Shown here piece by piece: positions 54,601 through 61,628 of a stretch of 61,628 nt of DNA. The notes beneath the pieces were generated by a model. That model was not told the origin of the DNA and searched no databases. It worked only from the letters and a program-made list of their open reading frames with translations. The translations under genes and the position numbers were made by a program. The first letter of the stretch is position 1, and every line of letters begins with the position of its first letter. The DNA comes from an uncultured Deferribacteraceae bacterium. GTDB taxonomy: Bacteria > Chrysiogenota > Deferribacteres > CAMZNJ01. The stretch lies in NCBI GenBank assembly GCA_947313825.1, contig CAMZNJ010000012.1:1-61628 (forward strand), read 5' to 3'.

Positions 54601-55458
54601 ATGAACATACTACTCACAAACGACGACGGTTACGACGCACCCGGACTAAGAGCCATGCTCCATGAAGTCAACAAACATGACGCTATGGAAGCAATCTACG
54701 TCGCACCACACAAACACATGAGTGCAAAAAGCCACAGCGTTACCATATTCGAACCCATCAAACACTACGACCACCACGACGCAAACGGAAACCTCGAAGG
54801 CGTATCCGTCGACGGCACACCTGTGGACTGCGTCAACATCGCCCTAGATCGTATCGTAACCAACAAGCCGAACATACTCATCTCAGGCATCAACGATGGG
54901 GGGAACTTCTCCACCATCTCGCTCCTGTCCGGCACATACGCCGCCGCTGAAGCTGGTGCCAAAGCTGGCATCCCCTCCATCGCCGTGTCCCTCCTCACAG
55001 GGTTCGGAATCAAAGCTAGTAGCGACGACAGCATCCCCGACGGCATCGACCCCAACATCCTAGCTAGCATCGACTCCAACAACAGAGACTTCAGTGTTGC
55101 CGCAAACTTCGTCATGTTCTTCATCACAGAAATTATGCCACAACTCAACATCACAGGAGTACCCTTCTTCAACATCAACGTGCCACCACTCAAAAAAGAA
55201 CACATCAAAGGTTGGAAATTTACTAGCTTCAGCAAAAACAACTACTCAGCAAACTACGAAGTTAACGTGTCCCCCCAAGGTGAAAAATACTACTGGTACG
55301 ACTCACGAACCATTCACAACGATATGGCAGACATGAGACCCGATACTGACGACCTCGAACTATTCCGTGGATACATCACCGTCTCGCCATCGAAAATCGA
55401 CTTCACCGACCACGAAACACTAAACAAACTACTCAAACAAGATTTCAAAAAATACTAA
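54601..55458 (+). CDS. surE: 5'/3'-nucleotidase SurE
   Basis: MNILLTNDDGYDAPGL N-terminus (DDG motif), then GTPVDCV, SGINDGGN and SGTYAAA. Confidence 0.9.
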   Translation: MNILLTNDDGYDAPGLRAMLHEVNKHDAMEAIYVAPHKHMSAKSHSVTIFEPIKHYDHHDANGNLEGVSVDGTPVDCVNIALDRIVTNKPNILISGINDGGNFSTISLLSGTYAAAEAGAKAGIPSIAVSLLTGFGIKASSDDSIPDGIDPNILASIDSNNRDFSVAANFVMFFITEIMPQLNITGVPFFNINVPPLKKEHIKGWKFTSFSKNNYSANYEVNVSPQGEKYYWYDSRTIHNDMADMRPDTDDLELFRGYITVSPSKIDFTDHETLNKLLKQDFKKY

Positions 55459-55476
55459 CAACAGGAGGCTACTTGC

Positions 55477-58293
55477 GTGGTTGTAGAGGACAAAATATCG
55501 GACGCCAACAAACTAAACAATGGAACATCGCAACACGCCAATAGCCACATACGCGTTGCAGGACTGCTCACCCTTGCCATACTCACTGCACTCACTGCAC
55601 TCACTGCACTACTAATGCTCAGCACCGCTTACGCCATCGAACCGAAAAGCATCAAAGATGCCATCATCGGCTCACAACTCTCCAACGCAAACAGGTACGG
55701 CTCCAACACCGCAAACCCTGAAGCAGCATACACACTGGAAACCCTCACCACCAATCTCCAAGGGTACGAATCCAACTACGCATCATACAAAGAATCACTC
55801 GACAACCTCGTAAACGATACCCCGTACATGCGTCGAAACCTTCGTGGCATTGACGACTTACGTCGAAGCATCATCGTATCATTCCAACGGGGGAAGTATG
55901 CTGAAGTTGTGAGCTCCTACAACAACGAAAACCTCAACTCCTCTCTAAACCAATACAGCGACGAACTCAGCCTACTCTACAGCATCGCACTGCTACAACA
56001 AGGATCCTACAACGCCGGAACAGCCATACTCAGCAACCTTGCACAAAAACCTGATAGCAAAGATATCACCAAACACAACTTCAACCTCATCGCCATGGAT
56101 GTACTCGCACAATACGCTGTGGAGAACAACAACTTCGACCTATTCCTCAAATCGTTCAACCGATACGCAAACAAAGCATCAGACTACGCAACAGCCACAT
56201 ACCTGCAATACCTACTCGTAAACAGCAAATTCAAAGAACTCGAAAATATTGAAAAAAATAATCCGGAAATCAAAAAACGACTCAGAACAAACCCAAAACT
56301 CAACGAATTCAAAACAAAAGGGTACTACCTTACACGAAAATACGACAAAGTATTAACCTACGGACGCGAATTCAACACACCAAATACATACGACATTGTG
56401 CTGGATAGTGCCGCCATACTCGCCAACGCAACATACCTCGAATCCTACATACTCAGAATACCAAACGGCAAACTAACTAACACTGCCCAAACAAAACTCG
56501 CCATCACACTCGCAACCAACAACACCAACAACACAACCATACTCAACAAAAACAACGACGCCATACTAAAAGCACTCGAAAAACAGAACCAAGACTTCCT
56601 CGAAATCTACACCTACTACCAATACAAATTCAACAACAATATCAACACAACCATCGTCAACACCATCTACAACCAAAGCTCCACAATCGCACGTACATAC
56701 ATGGACACAGACAACACACTAAGACTAATCTCCAAACTACAATGCACAGACGCAATCACATACATCAACAAAAATATGCCCCGAATACCACTCGAAGTAA
56801 ACCTACTACTCGGCGAATGCCTACTAATCGACAACAACGAAATCGCTAAAAAATACCTCTACACATTCCTAGACAACACAAACAAACGCAACAACGACTA
56901 CTGGAAAGCAAAAAGCCTACTCGCACTCGCACTCTTCTCAAACAACGAAACAGTGGAAAGCAGCATCATCATTGACGACTGCAAAACAGACAACTGCAAC
57001 CTAGTCAGATCCTACTCCCAACTAAAACAACGCAAATACGTTACAGCCCTAAACACCGCCAAAACAATCCACAACCCCAGCCTCACAAACATCACCACAA
57101 ACATACAACTACTCAGCCTCTACGGACTAGGCAAATGCAACAACGTTATCGCCATCGCCAAAAACAACACCTTCAACTCCGAAACAACTTCATACGCAAT
57201 CGCAGACTGCTACCTCACACAAAATAACGAAAAACTAGGACTAAAATACCTCAACACACACATCAAAACTAACACAACTTACACCAAACTCGGCATGAAA
57301 TACTTCTTCAACAAAGAGGAATACAACAAAACAATCACCCTCGGAAACAACATCAATAGCCGACAACTCGACTCCGATATCGCACTACTACTGGGATACT
57401 CTTACCACTCAATAGGAGAATACAACAACGCTTACCGATACTACAAAGCAATCGCCACAACAAACAACTCAAACACACCAATGGGCATCGACAGCATGAT
57501 AAACATCTGGAGCAACGTTACCGCCTACAACGCCACACAAGATATCACAACAATACTACTCACAAACAAAAATATCGACAACCGTGAAGTATACCTAATG
57601 AAAGCCGCAACACTCTTCACCAAAAGCAACCTCATCAACGAAGCTTTCCAACTCGTAAACACCCTCTTTGACGACTACTCCAAACCTGAAGCCATACGTG
57701 GTGCATATGTTGTGCGAGCAGAACTGTTTTACCAACTGCAAAACTACAACGCATGCCTCGCTGACGTACAAACAGGACTCTCATACAAAAAAAACGACGA
57801 AGCACCACTACTCTACTACAACGCCCTCTGCAACGAACACCTCAACCCTGAAGCAAGCCTCAAAACATACCAACAACTAAGACAGTACCCCGAATTCGAA
57901 TACCTAGCTAACGAAAAAGTCATCAAACTAAGCGACAACCCAAGACTACTACTCGACTCCGCAAACTACTTCGCCGACAAAGACCAAAACCTCTACAACA
58001 AAGGGATACAAAAATTCCTCTTACTCGTACCACTCTTTGAACTAGCACAAAATACCAACTACCTACCCGTACTCGAAAACTCTGAAGACGCCAACACAAG
58101 AGCAAAAGGGTACTTCCTACGTGCACAACTCGCCGAACGAAATACCAATCACACAAAAGCAATCGCCAACTACCTACTAGCTTTCTACACAACAACAGAC
58201 GAAATTAGCAAAAAACAAGCTAAGGAAAACCTTGTCGAAATCTACACCAAACTCGGACTAACCGAACGTGTCGAAATTATCAACAAACTCTAA
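55477..58293 (+). CDS. Large (938 aa) N/T/K-rich TPR-like helical-repeat protein with N-terminal TM anchor
   Basis: GGAGG RBS with a GTG start. One TM helix contains a 9-nt repeat (LTALTALTAL). Helical repeat patterns run throughout (e.g. ALLLGYSYHSIGEYNNAYRYYKAI). No catalytic motif recognised. Confidence 0.6.
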   Translation: MVVEDKISDANKLNNGTSQHANSHIRVAGLLTLAILTALTALTALLMLSTAYAIEPKSIKDAIIGSQLSNANRYGSNTANPEAAYTLETLTTNLQGYESNYASYKESLDNLVNDTPYMRRNLRGIDDLRRSIIVSFQRGKYAEVVSSYNNENLNSSLNQYSDELSLLYSIALLQQGSYNAGTAILSNLAQKPDSKDITKHNFNLIAMDVLAQYAVENNNFDLFLKSFNRYANKASDYATATYLQYLLVNSKFKELENIEKNNPEIKKRLRTNPKLNEFKTKGYYLTRKYDKVLTYGREFNTPNTYDIVLDSAAILANATYLESYILRIPNGKLTNTAQTKLAITLATNNTNNTTILNKNNDAILKALEKQNQDFLEIYTYYQYKFNNNINTTIVNTIYNQSSTIARTYMDTDNTLRLISKLQCTDAITYINKNMPRIPLEVNLLLGECLLIDNNEIAKKYLYTFLDNTNKRNNDYWKAKSLLALALFSNNETVESSIIIDDCKTDNCNLVRSYSQLKQRKYVTALNTAKTIHNPSLTNITTNIQLLSLYGLGKCNNVIAIAKNNTFNSETTSYAIADCYLTQNNEKLGLKYLNTHIKTNTTYTKLGMKYFFNKEEYNKTITLGNNINSRQLDSDIALLLGYSYHSIGEYNNAYRYYKAIATTNNSNTPMGIDSMINIWSNVTAYNATQDITTILLTNKNIDNREVYLMKAATLFTKSNLINEAFQLVNTLFDDYSKPEAIRGAYVVRAELFYQLQNYNACLADVQTGLSYKKNDEAPLLYYNALCNEHLNPEASLKTYQQLRQYPEFEYLANEKVIKLSDNPRLLLDSANYFADKDQNLYNKGIQKFLLLVPLFELAQNTNYLPVLENSEDANTRAKGYFLRAQLAERNTNHTKAIANYLLAFYTTTDEISKKQAKENLVEIYTKLGLTERVEIINKL

Positions 58294-58317
58294 AAAATAA
58301 ACGGCAAAACAACGCAA

Positions 58318-59664
58318 CTACGTAATCTCACGTACCCAATGACCACGCCACAAATACACTGTGTAAAACAGCGACACCAATCCAAACGCCAACAACTCAG
58401 CCAAATACAAACTCGACAAACCCATATGAAACACATACAAAAATAGAAACATCATGGGCAAAACCAAAAACCACTGACGTACAATATTCACAACCATAAC
58501 AATAAATGTATTACCCGCACCCGTAACAACATTACGCATAAGAATCAAATAATTCACAAAAAACTGGTTCAACGCCAAAAGAACCAAAGGCGAGGTCGCA
58601 AGAACCACTAATCCCGCATCAGCAGTGAAAATACCCACCAACTGACGCTGAAACAACAAGAGCACAGCCATAGTAATAATACTCCACGTCGTAATCATAA
58701 CAATGGAAACACGCAAAACATCACGAACACGCTGTCTGTTGCCAGCACCAAGGGCATGACTAATAAACACCGACGCAACCAACGCAAATCCGAACGAAGG
58801 CATAGCCGAAAAACCCTTCATACTAGCCAAAATCGGCACAAGGGCGATACTACTCGTTCCCAAGGTCGCAACCATAAACGATACCACCACGGCTGACCCC
58901 TCAGTAAACATATCCGTTGTTGCCGTTGGCGTGCCATACTTACCTATTTGCAAAAATAAACGGGGCGAAAAATGAAAATCACCAAAAAAACTCAACCGCA
59001 ACGACGAACGACTCACAAATAACAAATAAAAAAATATGAAAGCACTCATGCTACGACTAATCAACGTGGACAACGCAACACCATTAACCCCCATCTCAGG
59101 GAACAACCACCAACCAACAATAAATACATAATTAAGCACAATATTAAGCACTACGGTTACAATAGTGAGGTTCATGGATATCATTGTGTTGCCCAAAGAA
59201 CGAAAAATAAAACCACCCGAAAACGCTATGCCCATCGGTATCACAGAATAAGATACGATTTTCGAGTATGAAATAAAATTCTCACGCACCTCATCCTCAA
59301 AACCATACAAAGAAGCAATACTACCCAATGAAAAATGCAGAACCAAGATGACAAAGATGGAGATGGCAATATTAATGGAAATGGTGTGCAGGGCTACCAA
59401 ACGGAACCCCTGACGGTTTTGTGCACCATGATAACGACCCATAATCGCCATGGCACCGTGGTTAAAGGAAAAAAGTGTGAGGGCTGCCGAAAGTACAATA
59501 TTAGCGTAACCAACAGCCGCTAACGCCTCAACACCTATCATACGACCAACCATGATGGTGTCCGTCATACCCGTCATCACACGCAAAGTCATGGCGATTA
59601 TCGACGGAACCGCCGCCACAAACATCAACCACGCCAACGACTTCCTTACCCTAAACCTAAACAT
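58318..59664 (-). CDS. MATE-family efflux transporter
   Basis: 448 aa, 12 predicted TM helices. MATE pattern with paired halves (MTDTIMVGRMIGVEALAAVG; second-half GAGNRQRV). Confidence 0.82.
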   Translation of the reverse strand: MFRFRVRKSLAWLMFVAAVPSIIAMTLRVMTGMTDTIMVGRMIGVEALAAVGYANIVLSAALTLFSFNHGAMAIMGRYHGAQNRQGFRLVALHTISINIAISIFVILVLHFSLGSIASLYGFEDEVRENFISYSKIVSYSVIPMGIAFSGGFIFRSLGNTMISMNLTIVTVVLNIVLNYVFIVGWWLFPEMGVNGVALSTLISRSMSAFIFFYLLFVSRSSLRLSFFGDFHFSPRLFLQIGKYGTPTATTDMFTEGSAVVVSFMVATLGTSSIALVPILASMKGFSAMPSFGFALVASVFISHALGAGNRQRVRDVLRVSIVMITTWSIITMAVLLLFQRQLVGIFTADAGLVVLATSPLVLLALNQFFVNYLILMRNVVTGAGNTFIVMVVNIVRQWFLVLPMMFLFLYVFHMGLSSLYLAELLAFGLVSLFYTVYLWRGHWVREIT

Positions 59665-59692
59665 AAACCCCTAAACATAAACCCGAAATGTC

Positions 59693-61072
59693 TTACTTAA
59701 TCTTTATCCTGAGCCAACTACCACGCCTGAAATAAACATACAGGATAATCGCAAAGGCACCAAAACCGAAAAACTCACCAATGTAAAACGCCTCCAAACC
59801 CAAGTCAAACGTGGACGCAACAATACCCGTTACTGGCAACACGAGCAACCACTGGCGAAGAGTTGTCGTCAACATGATGACTTTAGTCGCACCTGAACCG
59901 CGAAGAAAACCTGTCATCAAAATCACATAGATCAACAACGGCTGATTAATCGCAAAAATAAGCACGGGTATCCTAGCCGCAGCCAAAACGTCAGCATCAG
60001 AAGTGTACACCAATAAAATATAACTACCAGCAAACAAAAACAAGACCGTCATCAATAGTCCCCACGTAATCGCATAAACACTCGCAATACGACCAACCAA
60101 CACAGCACGCTGACTGTCCCCCGCACCCAAAGACTGACCGCACAATGCCGCCGACGCTATGGCCAAACCAACTCCCGGCATAAAAGATAACGACTCAATA
60201 TTCAACAACATAGGCAATGCCGCCTCTGAAGCCGTCTCAAGGTGGATTGCCAACATCACCAACAAAACATTAATCGACAAATTCACCATGAACTCCTCGA
60301 TAATAGTAGGAATACCCAAACGCAACACCTGACCGCTAATACCACGTGTCGGACGCATCAAACGAACCTTTATACGCGTAACACCCTTATGAACAAAAAA
60401 TATGTACAAATAGGCTGACGCCTCCAAATACCTAGCCAAAACAGTGGCAATAGCTGCACCCTTAACTCCCAACTCCGGAAAAAACCAAAAACCCGTTATC
60501 AAAACATAGTTGCCAACAATATTAAAAGCAATGGCAACAACAGCAATCTGCATGGGCAACTTCGTATTACCCAATGCACGCAAGGTTATCGCACCTGAAA
60601 ATAGTATGAAAAATGCCGGTATCGACAACAAAACAATGTAAACATAAGAAAGATACAATGACTCAACAACAGGCTCAAACCTGTAAAGCATCACAAGAAC
60701 AGATATAATCGGAAGCAACACCAAAACCAAAAGAACAGAAGCAAATATATTAAGACTAAAATTCTCCGCAATAACACGGCGAAGCTTAACCAACTTACCA
60801 CCACCATAGTAACGTGCTATAATCGCTGCCGCACCGTAATTGAAACCGATAACAGTAAACATGGACGTGTACATGAGCAAGTTCGCATAACCACTCGCCG
60901 ACAAAGCCTCCTTGCCCAAAAACTGACCTATCATTACAACGTCAACAAAACTTATCAGCGTACGCAACAACATATCAGCAACTGCAGGAGCAGCCATCAG
61001 CAGTACTGTTTTCGACAGCTGGGGGTTCTCACGAATTACGCGGGGGCGGGGGATATGTCTTGTCCAAATCAT
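59693..61072 (-). CDS. MATE-family efflux transporter (tandem paralogue)
   Basis: 459 aa, 12 predicted TM helices. FVDVVMIGQFLGKEALSASG and GAGDSQRA motifs. Clearly paralogous to the downstream gene. Confidence 0.82.
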   Translation of the reverse strand: MIWTRHIPRPRVIRENPQLSKTVLLMAAPAVADMLLRTLISFVDVVMIGQFLGKEALSASGYANLLMYTSMFTVIGFNYGAAAIIARYYGGGKLVKLRRVIAENFSLNIFASVLLVLVLLPIISVLVMLYRFEPVVESLYLSYVYIVLLSIPAFFILFSGAITLRALGNTKLPMQIAVVAIAFNIVGNYVLITGFWFFPELGVKGAAIATVLARYLEASAYLYIFFVHKGVTRIKVRLMRPTRGISGQVLRLGIPTIIEEFMVNLSINVLLVMLAIHLETASEAALPMLLNIESLSFMPGVGLAIASAALCGQSLGAGDSQRAVLVGRIASVYAITWGLLMTVLFLFAGSYILLVYTSDADVLAAARIPVLIFAINQPLLIYVILMTGFLRGSGATKVIMLTTTLRQWLLVLPVTGIVASTFDLGLEAFYIGEFFGFGAFAIILYVYFRRGSWLRIKIK

Positions 61073-61286
61073 GGCATCTCCTTCAAAATTGTTGAGCTAC
61101 GGCTGGAATCTGCATCGCGGGAATGCTCGAGCCTAAAACAAATCACAAAGCAAACCCAAAGATAATAAAAATTGTTAAGTAATCTTTTTGTAAATATAAA
61201 ATAAACCTATCCTAGTGTTATAAGCCTAAAAAATTGTTATTGCAAGCAAAATTAACAACCAAAATAACTACTTCTACTGCAATAGC

Positions 61287-61554
61287 ATAACGCAAAAGGG
61301 GGCAGGCTTTTCACAGCACTACGCCACGCACACCTACACACCTGCACACCTGAACACAAGCATCACGGACGTACGGACGCACACCTACACACCTGCACAC
61401 CTGAACACAAGCATCACGGACGTACGGACGCACACCTGAACACAAGCACCACGCCACGCACACAAGCACCACGGACGGACGTACGGACACACACCTGCAC
61501 ACCACACCACATAACGAAAAAGGGGGCAGGCTTTTCACAGCACTACCCCCCCCC
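61287..61554. repeat. A+C-rich minisatellite (51-nt unit x2 plus degenerate copies) bracketed by a 35-bp direct duplication
   Basis: The 51-nt unit GCACACCTACACACCTGCACACCTGAACACAAGCATCACGGACGTACGGAC occurs at 61328-61378 and 61379-61429. The flank CATAACG(C/A)AAAAGGGGGCAGGCTTTTCACAGCACTA occurs at 61287-61321 and 61510-61545. A C9 run lies at 61546-61554. Confidence 0.85.
61517..61554 (-). terminator. Possible poly-G/poly-C terminator for a minus-strand gene beyond the window end
   Basis: On the minus strand, G9-TAGTGCTGTGAAAAGCCTG-C5 is followed by TTTTT. The loop is long, so the call is weak. Confidence 0.3.
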
Positions 61555-61628
61555 TTCGTTGCAATAATTATTTACTTATAGTAAATAAACAGCACTCAGT
61601 GTCCCATTACTTGCCTTCAGGTGAATCT

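Noticed and set aside
61311-61538. 75-aa ORF on the minus strand in the terminal repeat block
   Set aside because: The product is a repeat of CRCVGVRPYVRDACVQV encoded by the 51-nt minisatellite, with no RBS. It is most likely non-coding.
1-61628. Genomic island, prophage or defence locus
   Set aside because: I recognised no integrase, transposase, tRNA attachment site, nuclease/helicase/reverse-transcriptase/TIR/toxin-antitoxin-like genes, and no abrupt compositional break. The window reads as core chromosome.

Overview
This 61.6-kb window is a gene-dense chromosomal segment of about 50 protein-coding genes. It comes from a diderm, flagellated bacterium whose lineage I cannot place from sequence alone. 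I recognised no rRNA, tRNA, CRISPR array, transposase, integrase, phage gene or classical defence gene. Left to right, the content is: a TRIC/UPF0126 channel and lolC-lolD; mdh; a two-headed astacin metalloprotease lipoprotein; and a cell-envelope cluster ftsE-ftsX-envC-ctpA-yibQ-like. Next come tsaD and dus; an arginine deiminase operon arcA-arcB-(YfcC/ArcE-type carrier)-arcC; an ABC-2 exporter pair; a universal stress protein; nhaB; an MBL-fold hydrolase; queA; and a small beta-barrel outer membrane protein. A complete biotin operon bioF-bioH-bioC-bioD-bioA follows, then an isolated 812-aa giant flagellin, ubiE with a small membrane protein, a HIT protein, gap-pgk, comF and kdsA. The next block is a Lol/MacB-like ABC export cluster (LolA-like protein, two FtsX-type permeases, an ATPase and a large OM barrel). 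The window ends with a three-CxxCH cytochrome, TPR proteins, dut, trmI, surE, a 938-aa TPR-like protein and two tandem MATE pumps. The most unusual signal is not one gene. Short tandem repeats occur both as in-frame insertions inside conserved housekeeping enzymes (BioD, BioF, BioA, BioC, UbiE, TsaD, KdsA, Dut, TrmI, Dus) and as A+C-rich minisatellites that fill several intergenic spacers. In bioD the same 15-nt unit is translated in two different reading frames. Other points worth follow-up are the duplicated astacin, the second Lol-like export module, the giant flagellin, an exactly duplicated promoter in front of arcA, poly-G/poly-C hairpin terminators, and an 83-bp duplicated element next to comF. 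All calls come from reading the sequence and ORF translations by eye; no database search was run.
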